This document shows positions 44,482 to 61,505 of a stretch of 64,000 nt of DNA, piece after piece; within the stretch, counting starts at the first letter, position 1, and every line of letters starts with the position of its first letter. Source of the DNA: Thermoplasmata archaeon. Its GTDB lineage: Archaea > Thermoplasmatota > E2 > JACPAO01 > JAHFTW01. Under the pieces are notes generated by a model. The model saw nothing but the letters and a program-made list of their open reading frames with translations, had not been told where the DNA came from and ran no database searches. Made by a program: the position numbers and the translations under genes. The stretch covers positions 30,973-94,972 of the forward strand of contig JAXDQS010000004.1 in assembly GCA_034667725.1 (NCBI GenBank). The letters are read 5' to 3'.

Positions 44482-44607
44482 ATGCCGACGCCCAACGACC
44501 CGCGCAGCAACGCCAAGAACCCCACCAGCCCAGAAAACAAGGCCGCGCGCGACAACCGCGCGAACCAGATCAACCCCAACAACCAAGCCACCAAGGGCAA
44601 GAAGTGA
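44482..44607 (+). CDS. Candidate 41-aa hydrophilic Asn/Lys-rich peptide
   Basis: Met96 to the stop of track ORF 44197-44607: MPTPNDPRSNAKNPTSPENKAARDNRANQINPNNQATKGKK. A/C-rich, G-poor strand composition, atypical for this window. Confidence 0.3.
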   Translation: MPTPNDPRSNAKNPTSPENKAARDNRANQINPNNQATKGKK

Positions 44608-44638
44608 GGGCTTCGCCTAGCGCGTGGCTGGGCATTGG

Positions 44639-44659
44639 AGGCGGGAGATACCGGATTCG
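44639..44659 (-). repeat. 21-nt exact direct repeat of the tRNA-Lys 3' end (att-like core)
   Basis: AGGCGGGAGATACCGGATTCG at 44639-44659 is identical to 44812-44832 (T loop to the 3' end of tRNA-Lys plus 3 nt). Confidence 0.8.
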
Positions 44660-44814
44660 GCGAGGGGCCGCCCGAGCCTGCGAAGGGCGGTCCCGATGCG
44701 CTTCCTGCCGGCCGAGCGCCAGCGCGGCCGGGCGCAGCAAGCCACGAACCGGACTGCACGCTTCGACCGCCCCTCAGCGGGCGCTCTGCGCCTCGCTGGG
44801 GGCGCGTCTGCAGG

Positions 44815-44890
44815 CGGGAGATACCGGATTCGAACCGGTGAATGGCGGATTAAGAGTCCGCTGCCTTGGACCTGTCTCGGCTAATCTCCC
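44815..44890 (-). tRNA. tRNA-Lys (anticodon CUU), no encoded CCA
   Basis: GGGAGAT acceptor, anticodon arm GCGGA-CTCTTAA-TCCGC, T arm ACCGG-TTCGAAT-CCGGT, discriminator G. The D arm is atypical (3 bp plus a mismatch, 11-nt loop). CTTATCTA box lies about 33 nt upstream. Confidence 0.8.
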
Positions 44891-44943
44891 AGGGCCGATG
44901 GCCGCCGACAAGGGTTTCGTAGATAAGGGAAACGGTGAAGGGC

Positions 44944-45855
44944 TCACTCCAGGCGCGCCCGCAGCCGGCCCAGTCCCAAGAGGACGATGCAGGCCAGGCC
45001 GATGCCGACCGCGAGGGCAGGGCGTGCGCGCAGGCCGTCCGGTCCGCCGGCCGTGGCCGGGGTGAACAAGGGGGCGATGGTGTGGCCGCTGTAGTCGCAC
45101 CTGGGATTGGTGGGGTTGACGCGGAAGCAGAAGCTGACGGAGTCTTGGGCGCAGCCTTGGACGCGGAACTCGACTTCGGCGCCGGCGACGCGAGCCATGG
45201 CGTGGACGTGGGGGCCGCGGCCGCGGAACGTGGGGCTGGTGAAGTCGCTGAAGCTGCCGCCAGTCCGGATGTAGCCTTCGAGGTGGCTGGTGCTGCATGT
45301 GGGGCCGCGCCACCGGAGGATGGCGGAGGTCGGCGTGATGTTGGCGACGAAGACCTCGTAGCCTTCGGGCGCGGTGAGGAAGGACACGGTGTTGGGGGAG
45401 CTGGAGGGTCGCGCCGTGGTGGTGTCGGGGGCTGGGCAGGCGGGGTCGAGCGGCAGGGTCTCGAAGCACAGGTCGGCCGAGGGGGCGATTCCCCAGGGGC
45501 CGCCGCAGGAGCCGTCGGTGCCTTGCACGGAAGCGATGAAGCGGTGGCCCGGCGCCAGGGCGGTGAGGTTTGCCTCGAAGGCGCGGATGCCGGCTTGCGC
45601 GGGCGTGCGGGCCCAGCCGTCGCCGGCGCCTTGGGTGGCGTCCTGGTAGGCGACCCAGGTGGTGGCCGCGCAGTTGGCGACGGTCCACCGCAGGGTGGCG
45701 TTGGTGCGCCCGACGGCGGCGATTTGGACGTCCACGATCCGCGCGGGCGCCGGGTCGGAGGGGCCGCTCGTCGTGGTCGTGGTGGGGCTGGGGGAGTGCG
45801 CGCCGGCCGCGGGCAGGACGAGGAGGGCGAGCAGGAGGAGGATGGCCGTGCGCAC
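44944..45855 (-). CDS. Secreted protein with two FN3-like domains and C-terminal TM/basic anchor
   Basis: Last 303 aa of track ORF 44944-46671. GTG start; signal peptide RTAILLLLALLVLPAAGA; NATLRWTV / SAILRWRG FN3-type strands; end ALAVGIGLACIVLLGLGRLRARLE. Confidence 0.55.
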   Translation of the reverse strand: MRTAILLLLALLVLPAAGAHSPSPTTTTTSGPSDPAPARIVDVQIAAVGRTNATLRWTVANCAATTWVAYQDATQGAGDGWARTPAQAGIRAFEANLTALAPGHRFIASVQGTDGSCGGPWGIAPSADLCFETLPLDPACPAPDTTTARPSSSPNTVSFLTAPEGYEVFVANITPTSAILRWRGPTCSTSHLEGYIRTGGSFSDFTSPTFRGRGPHVHAMARVAGAEVEFRVQGCAQDSVSFCFRVNPTNPRCDYSGHTIAPLFTPATAGGPDGLRARPALAVGIGLACIVLLGLGRLRARLE

Positions 45856-45914
45856 GACTCGGACACCCTGCGGGCCAAGTTCAGGGTTTGCAGGCCGTTG
45901 GGCGCTGGCCGAAC

Positions 45915-46682
45915 CTATTCCTCGGAGTCGCCAGCGGCTTCCTTCTTGGCCGCGGGCGCGTCGTCGGCGTCCTCGTCCTTGGGCGCGTCTTTGGGGTCGG
46001 TGGCGCCGGAGCCGTGCTCGGCGCGCAGCTTCTCCATGGCGTCCTCGTCGTCGAACTTGCTGAGGTAGTCGGGCTCGACGGCCTCGGTGACGTAGACCGA
46101 CTTGCCGGCGCGGAAGATGAAGTTGCCCGCCTCGCTGGCGGCCTTGACGTCGACCTCCAGCAGGATGGGGTCCGGGTTGTGGACGCGGCCGGCGCTGTAC
46201 GCCTTGTCCGGCGTGGCGCTGAGGTGGATCATGTTGCGGTCGGAGGGGCGCAGGCCGGTCTCCAGCACCAGGTCGAGCTCCTCCTCGCTGACGGGGAAGT
46301 AGAGCTTGTCCACCTGGGCCTCGGGCAGGTCGTCGAGGTTGACGTTGACCGAGTGGGCGTAGGTCGCGCGGATCATGCCGCCGTCGATTTGGTAGCGGCC
46401 CTTCTCGTCGGTCTCGACCAGCGCCTGGATGTGCTCGGGGCGCAGCCAGCGGGCGTAGTTGGGGCGGGAGTTCCGGATGGCGCCGACGAACTCGTTGAGG
46501 TCGACCCAGCCGCGGCCGTCCATCGTCAGGCCGAAGCGCTCCGGGAAGTGGCGCAGGATGCCGGCCATCATGCGGCCGACGCGGTCGATCTCGAAGTCCT
46601 TCATGACGAAGCGGCCGGGGGTGTCGCAGAGCGGGCAGTTCTCTCCGCGGTAGTATCCATGGGTGCGGCATTGGGCGAGCAT
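45915..46682 (-). CDS. kptA: RNA 2'-phosphotransferase Tpt1/KptA with acidic C-terminal tail
   Basis: From Met20 of track ORF 45915-46739; RVGRMMAGILRH.PERFGL, GRYQI, IRATYAHS, HLSAT. Possible N-terminal C-x12-C-x2-C motif. Confidence 0.9.
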   Translation of the reverse strand: MLAQCRTHGYYRGENCPLCDTPGRFVMKDFEIDRVGRMMAGILRHFPERFGLTMDGRGWVDLNEFVGAIRNSRPNYARWLRPEHIQALVETDEKGRYQIDGGMIRATYAHSVNVNLDDLPEAQVDKLYFPVSEEELDLVLETGLRPSDRNMIHLSATPDKAYSAGRVHNPDPILLEVDVKAASEAGNFIFRAGKSVYVTEAVEPDYLSKFDDEDAMEKLRAEHGSGATDPKDAPKDEDADDAPAAKKEAAGDSEE

Positions 46683-46687
46683 GGCAG

Positions 46688-46759
46688 AGGGGAGAGAGGG
46701 ATTCGAACCCCCGTAAACGGGATCTGCAGTCCCGCGCATAGCCGCTTTGCTATCTCCCC
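46688..46759 (-). tRNA. tRNA-Cys (anticodon GCA), no encoded CCA
   Basis: GGGGAGA acceptor, anticodon arm CGGGA-CTGCAGA-TCCCG, T loop TTCGAAT. The 3' end lies 5 nt from the kptA ATG. Confidence 0.85.
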
Positions 46760-46825
46760 GGTCGGACGCCGGTGGCGGGGGCTTGGGAAAGCCCCATCAC
46801 GGCCGCGCCGACCCCAGGGGCGTTC

Positions 46826-47380
46826 TTAAACTTGGCCAGCGGCCGGGGGGAGCTTCCCCTTCTTCGGCGACAACGCCTTCGCCTGCCCGGCGGCCGGCAA
46901 CCCCAGCGGCGCCCCGGGTTGGGCGGGGTTCTCCTCGACCTTCTTCTTGACCTCGCGGGCGGCGGCGGCCATGGCGGGGGCGGCCTCCTTCGCGCGGGTG
47001 GCCTGCTCGCGCTCGTCGTAGAGCTGCTCGACCACCTCCCAGACGGTGCGGATGTGCGGGATGGTGATGCTGCCGCCGACGACCAGGGCGACGTTGAGGG
47101 CGTCCAGCAGCTCGGCCTTCTTCCAGCCGACCTCGACGCAGCGGTCGCAGTGGTAGGCGATGCAGTCATTGCAGCGCAGCACCGTGGAGGCGACCAGGCC
47201 AAGCAGCTCCTTGGTCTTCTCGTCCAGGCCGCCGGTGGCCGTCAGGTCGCGGTAGGCCGCCGAGTCGAGGGCGAAGAACCGCTTGAGGTCGCGGTGGTCT
47301 TCCTTCAGCAGGTTGTCCGTCTTGCGGCGGCGGGAGGCGCGGAACTCGTGCAGGTCCATCCGGTCGGGCTGCTCGGACAC
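46826..47380 (-). CDS. Carboxymuconolactone decarboxylase / AhpD-like family protein
   Basis: LGLVASTVLRCNDCIAYH CxxC core; basic, P/A-rich C-terminal tail. Confidence 0.8.
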   Translation of the reverse strand: MSEQPDRMDLHEFRASRRRKTDNLLKEDHRDLKRFFALDSAAYRDLTATGGLDEKTKELLGLVASTVLRCNDCIAYHCDRCVEVGWKKAELLDALNVALVVGGSITIPHIRTVWEVVEQLYDEREQATRAKEAAPAMAAAAREVKKKVEENPAQPGAPLGLPAAGQAKALSPKKGKLPPAAGQV

Positions 47381-47442
47381 GGCCCTGCGAGGACGGGGGG
47401 CGGACTTGGGCCTTTGCCCGTCCCACCTTGTGGACAGGTCGG

Positions 47443-47925
<483 letters not shown>

Positions 47926-47978
47926 GGTTCAGGTCGGCGCGGCAGCAGCTTCAAGCTGGCGCCCGCCTGGCGGCGCGC

Positions 47979-48392
47979 GTGCAGGTGCGGGCCGAGGAGC
48001 TGCGGGAGCGTTTCGTGTGCGTCGTCCCCCACGCCGGCACGCTGGCGGAGGTGGACAAGACCCGCCGCCCGCTTTACCGCCACATGGTGGTGCAGGAGCT
48101 GGTGGGCGGGCCGAGCATCCTGCGGTTTTGGCCCGATGGCCGGCTGGACGCGCTGGTGCAGACGCACGCGGGCTTCGACGGCGACGAGGTGTGCACGGTC
48201 GAGCGGCTGGCGCCCGGCCCCTACGCGGTGCTGGACTACGAGGGCCCCGAGGAAGGGCTGGCCGAGGCGCGCGAGCGCATCCTGGCCTGGGTGAAGGCGA
48301 AGGGCCACCCGGCGCGGCCGCTGTTGCAGGTCCACCTCATGGACGCGATGGACGGCATCGTCGAGCAGCAGTTCCAGGTTCCCCTGGCTTGA
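47979..48392 (+). CDS. GyrI-like small-molecule-binding domain protein
   Basis: 137 aa beta-alpha pattern ...YAVLDYEGPEEGLAEARERILAWVKAKG. Confidence 0.55.
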   Translation: MQVRAEELRERFVCVVPHAGTLAEVDKTRRPLYRHMVVQELVGGPSILRFWPDGRLDALVQTHAGFDGDEVCTVERLAPGPYAVLDYEGPEEGLAEARERILAWVKAKGHPARPLLQVHLMDAMDGIVEQQFQVPLA

Positions 48393-48445
48393 CCCCTGGG
48401 CGCCGCCAAGAAAAGCCATATGGACGAGGCGGCCGGTCCCGAGTC

Positions 48446-48964
48446 GTGTTGCGCCCAGGCGATGCGGCCCCCGACTTCGTCCTGAAGGACGCCGACGGCA
48501 ACGACGTCCGCCTGTCGTCGTTCGCGGGCCATCCCATCCTGCTGTTCTTCTACCCGCGGGACAACACCGCCGGCTGCACGCTGGAGGCGAAGAAGCTGCG
48601 CGACGCGGCGGGGGGGTTCGCGCGCCACGGCGCCCACGTGGTCGGGGTCAGCATGGACTCGCCGGAGACCCATTGCGCCTTCCGCGACAAGCACGACCTG
48701 CCGTTCACGCTGCTGTCCGACGCCGAGGGCCGGGTGCATGACCTGTACTCGGCGTGGCGCACCCACCTCTTGGGCAGGCGCCCGATCGGGGTCCGGCGCT
48801 GCAGCTTCCTCATCGACGGCGACGGCATCATCCGGGTCGTCTACAAGCACGTCCGGCCGCTCTCGCACGCCCGCCAGGTCCTGAAGGACCTGGAGCGGCT
48901 GGAGGCGCAGGAGTCGTGGGGCAAGCCGACGACGCCCGGCATCAAGGAGCTGCTGCGGCGCTAG
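48446..48964 (+). CDS. bcp: Peroxiredoxin (Bcp type, 1-Cys variant)
   Basis: Last 172 aa of track ORF 47837-48964; FFYPRDNTAGCTLEA, GVSMDS, FTLLSDAEG; GTG start. Confidence 0.85.
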   Translation: MLRPGDAAPDFVLKDADGNDVRLSSFAGHPILLFFYPRDNTAGCTLEAKKLRDAAGGFARHGAHVVGVSMDSPETHCAFRDKHDLPFTLLSDAEGRVHDLYSAWRTHLLGRRPIGVRRCSFLIDGDGIIRVVYKHVRPLSHARQVLKDLERLEAQESWGKPTTPGIKELLRR

Positions 48965-49458
48965 GCAGGCGGGGCGGGCGTCACTTCGACCAGCACCGTG
49001 CTGGCCTCGACGGCCGACCCTTCGCTGACGTGGACGCGCGCGACCGTGCCCGCGATGGGCGACTTGAGGTCGTTCTGCATCTTCATCGCCTCCAGGACCA
49101 AGAGCACGTCGCCCTCGGCCACGACCTGGCCTTCCTTGACCTTGACCTCGACGATCTTGCCGGGCATGGGGGGCTTGATGCGGCCGTCGTTCTTGCGGCC
49201 GGCGGCGTTCTTCCGGACCAGCTCGGGGCGGGCGCGGCGGACCTCCAGGTCCAGCAGGTGGGGGCCCTCGAACACCTGGCCGTTGCGGACGATGAACTCG
49301 AACGCCTTGCCCTCGACCGTGACCTTGTAGTGGCCCTTCGCGAGGGTCTCGACCTTGGGCGCGAACGGCTCGCCCTCGACCACGAACTTGGGGCCTTCGG
49401 CGTGCTCCTCGACGGTGACGTGGTGCAGGCGGCTGCCCAACTGGAACGAGTAGCGCAT
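48961..49458 (-). CDS. accB: Biotin carboxyl carrier protein
   Basis: Last 165 aa of track ORF 48961-50349; biotinyl-lysine motif VLEAMKMQN. Its ATG overlaps the accC stop by 1 nt. Confidence 0.9.
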   Translation of the reverse strand: MRYSFQLGSRLHHVTVEEHAEGPKFVVEGEPFAPKVETLAKGHYKVTVEGKAFEFIVRNGQVFEGPHLLDLEVRRARPELVRKNAAGRKNDGRIKPPMPGKIVEVKVKEGQVVAEGDVLLVLEAMKMQNDLKSPIAGTVARVHVSEGSAVEASTVLVEVTPAPPA

Positions 49459-51041
49459 CAGAGCAGCCCCCCGATGGCCTCGCGGCGGCCTTTCTGGCCC
49501 CAGGGGGACAGGCGGCGGCGCCCGAACTCGTCGACGCCGACGTTGGTGGCGGCGCTCTGCTTGAACTGGTATGCCTTCTGCACCAGCGAGTCGATGCCGC
49601 CGGGCTCCTGCGCCAGGGCGGCGGCGAGGGCGGCGAGCTTGACCTTGGTCTCCTTCGTGACGGCCTCCTCGACGCCCATGAGGCGGTCGAGGATGCGGCG
49701 CTCGTCGAGGAACTTCGTGGTCATGTCGCCGGCGCAGAACGCCTCGTCCTCGAAGATGACCTGGTGCAGCTCGCGGTTGGTGACGAGGTTGCCGAGGTCG
49801 TACTCGGCAAGGGCGCGGCGCATCTTGCGGATGGCCTCGGGCCGGTCGGCGCCGTAGCAGATGAGCTTGGCGACCATCGAGTCGTAGGTCGAGGGCACCT
49901 GGAAGCCGGAGTAGAGGTAGGTGTCCACGCGGACGCCGTTGCCGTTGGGCGGGACGTGGCGCGCGATCAGCCCAGGCGTCGGCATGAACTTGTTGCGCGG
50001 GTCCTCGGCGTTGATGCGGCACTCGATGGCCCAGCCGCGGCGGCGGGCATCGACCCACTTCTGGTCGTAGCCGAGCGGCTCGCCGGCGGCGATGCGAATC
50101 TGCTCGCGCACCAGGTCGATGCCGTAGACCTGCTCGGTGACGGGATGTTCGACTTGGAGGCGGGTGTTGACCTCGTTGAAGTAGAACTTGCCCTCCTCGT
50201 AGAGGAACTCCGCGGTGCCGGCGTTCCAGTAGCCGACGTCCTTGGCCAACTGGCACACCGACGCGCCGACGCGGGCGCGGTCCTCGTCCTTGACGATGGG
50301 GCTGGGGGCCTCCTCGATGAGCTTCTGGTGGCGGCGCTGGACGCTGCATTCGCGCTCGCCGAAGTGGACGACGTTGCCGTGCTCGTCGGCGAGGAACTGG
50401 ATCTCGATGTGGCGGGGGCGCGTGATGAACTTCTCGATGAACACCTCGCCGCGCCCGAAGGCGGCCTTGGCCTGGCGTTGGGTGGCCGCGAGCGCGCCGG
50501 CAAGCTCGGACTCCGACTGGACGACCTGCATCCCCATGCCGCCGCCGCCGAACGCCGCCTTGATGATGACGGGGTAGCCGGTGAGCTTGACGACCTCACG
50601 CGCCTCGTCGAGGGTGGCGACGAACTCGTCCTTGCCGGGCACGACGGGCACCTTGGCCCTGCGCGCCGCGACCTTGCTCGCCACCTTGTCGCCCAGGACG
50701 TCGATTGGCTTCGGGGGCGGGCCGATGAACTTGACGCCGGCCTTCGCAAGCGCGGTGGCGAACTCGCTGCGCTCCGACAGGAAGCCGTAGCCAGGGTGGA
50801 CCGCGTCGGCGCCGACCTTCTGGGCCAGCTCCACGATAGCGGGGATGTTGAGGTAGTTCGTGGACGACGCCTCGTTGCCCAGGAGGTAGGACTCGTCGGC
50901 GAAGCGGACGTGCGGCGCCTTGGCGTCCTGCGGGCTGTGGATGGCCACGGTCTGGATGCCCAGCTCGCGGGCGGTGCGCATGACGCGCAGGGCAATCTCG
51001 CCACGGTTGGCGACCAGGATCTTGCGGAACAGGGGCTTCAT
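49458..51041 (-). CDS. accC: Biotin carboxylase subunit of acyl-CoA carboxylase
   Basis: Last 527 aa of track ORF 49458-51782; KILVANRGEIALRV, HPGYGFLSE, KAAFGGGGMGM, EVNTRLQVEHPVTE. ATGA overlap with bioY. Confidence 0.95.
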   Translation of the reverse strand: MKPLFRKILVANRGEIALRVMRTARELGIQTVAIHSPQDAKAPHVRFADESYLLGNEASSTNYLNIPAIVELAQKVGADAVHPGYGFLSERSEFATALAKAGVKFIGPPPKPIDVLGDKVASKVAARRAKVPVVPGKDEFVATLDEAREVVKLTGYPVIIKAAFGGGGMGMQVVQSESELAGALAATQRQAKAAFGRGEVFIEKFITRPRHIEIQFLADEHGNVVHFGERECSVQRRHQKLIEEAPSPIVKDEDRARVGASVCQLAKDVGYWNAGTAEFLYEEGKFYFNEVNTRLQVEHPVTEQVYGIDLVREQIRIAAGEPLGYDQKWVDARRRGWAIECRINAEDPRNKFMPTPGLIARHVPPNGNGVRVDTYLYSGFQVPSTYDSMVAKLICYGADRPEAIRKMRRALAEYDLGNLVTNRELHQVIFEDEAFCAGDMTTKFLDERRILDRLMGVEEAVTKETKVKLAALAAALAQEPGGIDSLVQKAYQFKQSAATNVGVDEFGRRRLSPWGQKGRREAIGGLL

Positions 51042-51916
51042 GCGGGTTCCTCGGTGGCGAGCTCCCTGCCCGAGGGCAGGAAGGAGACGGAGGCGAGGAC
51101 GGCGAGGCCGGCCTTGAGGACATCGAAGGGCAGGAACACGGTGCTGCCGAGGGCGAACGCCTTCGACCAGGACCATCCCAGCGTGAGCTTCAGCACCGGG
51201 ACGCCGCACAAGTGGATGATGGCGACGGCCCCCAGCAGGACCAGGTAGAGGTTCAGCGCCTCGGAGCCGGCCGCGCGGCGGGACAGCAGCCAGCCGACCA
51301 CGGGCGCGCACACCAGGAACAGCCCACCGAACAGCCAGGCATAGTCCAGGGTCGCGTCGTAGGCGTCGCCGCTGCCGGCGCCCGCGAACGAGCCGCCGCC
51401 CGCCAAGAAGAAGGTGCTGCCCACGACGCCCAGCAGCAGGACCAAGAGGCCGAAGCCGACGGCGCGGGTCCAGCGGGCGTCGAGCCCGCGCTGGCGGCGG
51501 CGCATGTAGGCCCCGACGAACGCGGCCGCCGCGAAGAAGCCGACGAGGTAGCCTGCGGTGTAGCCGGTCTGACGCACAACGTCGGGCACCAGCACGCGCC
51601 AGCGGTCGGCGTGCCAGAGCGCGTCGGGGTTGAACGCGTCGGCGCTCGGCGCGAACACGTGCAGCCCCGCGAGTCCGGCCGCGAGGTAGAGACCCATCGA
51701 CACCATCGCCCAGCGGCCGCCGAGCATGACGCCGGCGAGCGCTACGCCCAGCACTTGGAAGGTGAACGGCACCGGCGTCCACGGCAGCGGCAGCGACACC
51801 TGCGCCAAGAGCGCGGTGAGGCCCGTGAAGGCGGCCGCGAAGCCGGCCTTGGCCATCCAGCCGAGCTCGTGCGCCTGGCGGTACGCCCGCAGCCGCGCGA
51901 CCCGGACGTCCGTCAC
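51038..51916 (-). CDS. bioY: BioY-family biotin transporter (long form, 292 aa)
   Basis: PWTPVPFTFQVLGVALAGVMLG BioY core motif; six or more TM helices. GTG start lies 1 nt after the PKS stop codon. Confidence 0.8.
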   Translation of the reverse strand: MTDVRVARLRAYRQAHELGWMAKAGFAAAFTGLTALLAQVSLPLPWTPVPFTFQVLGVALAGVMLGGRWAMVSMGLYLAAGLAGLHVFAPSADAFNPDALWHADRWRVLVPDVVRQTGYTAGYLVGFFAAAAFVGAYMRRRQRGLDARWTRAVGFGLLVLLLGVVGSTFFLAGGGSFAGAGSGDAYDATLDYAWLFGGLFLVCAPVVGWLLSRRAAGSEALNLYLVLLGAVAIIHLCGVPVLKLTLGWSWSKAFALGSTVFLPFDVLKAGLAVLASVSFLPSGRELATEEPA

Positions 51917-51917
51917 C

Positions 51918-60845
<8,928 letters not shown>

Positions 60846-61012
60846 GGGGACGACGCTCCAGGACCCCGGGTGGGGGCCCCGGCATTGGGTGGCATTCCCG
60901 GGGTAGGGGTCCACCAGATGAAACCTCTGCTTCCGGCCCTGTGGCGTGCTGTGCCAGGCCCTGCCGGCCACGCGGCCTGTGGGACCCGCCTTTCTTTAAC
61001 CCAACAGAAGGG

Positions 61013-61498
61013 ATGGCGCCTATCCGCTTCGACCAGCACCCCAACGCCTTGCTCGTGCACCATCTCTACGACGCGCTCGCCCGCCGCGACGGCGACGCCA
61101 TGGCCGCCTGCTACACGCCCGACGCCGCCTTCTCGGACCCGGTCTTCCCCGACCTGCACGGCGCCGAGGTCGGGGCGATGTGGCGGATGCTCACCGCCCG
61201 CGGCGGCAGCATCACGGTCGAGGTCCGCGAAGTGGTCGCCAGCGCCACGGACGGCACCGCGACCTGGGAGGCGCGCTACCTGTTCGGCGCCACCGGCCGC
61301 AAGGTCCGCAACGTGGGCAACGCGGTGTTCACCTTCCGCGACGGCCGGATCGCGACGCACGTCGACACCTGGTCGTTCTCGGCGTGGGCGGCGCAGGCGC
61401 TCGGGCTGCGCGGGCGGCTGCTGGGCAAGACCGCGTTCCTGCGCCGGAAGGTGCGAAGGCAGGCGAGGCGAGGGTTGGAGAAGCTCCTCCCAGGATGA
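61013..61498 (+). CDS. SnoaL-like / NTF2-fold protein (polyketide-cyclase-like family)
   Basis: From Met25 of track ORF 60941-61498; LVHHLYDALARRDGDAMAACYTPDAAFSDPVF...FTFRDGRIATHVDTW. Divergent from the PKS gene. Confidence 0.65.
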   Translation: MAPIRFDQHPNALLVHHLYDALARRDGDAMAACYTPDAAFSDPVFPDLHGAEVGAMWRMLTARGGSITVEVREVVASATDGTATWEARYLFGATGRKVRNVGNAVFTFRDGRIATHVDTWSFSAWAAQALGLRGRLLGKTAFLRRKVRRQARRGLEKLLPG

Positions 61499-61505
61499 TC
61501 AGCCA

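Noticed and set aside
44079-44759. 226-aa minus ORF with two TM-like segments upstream of the MFS gene
   Set aside because: It overlaps the complete 12-TM MFS gene out of frame and runs through the att-like repeat. No plausible start codon context.
48961-48964. Convergent bcp and accB stop codons overlapping in a CTAG palindrome
   Set aside because: Real but trivial. It is a compact convergent gene end with no evidence of function.
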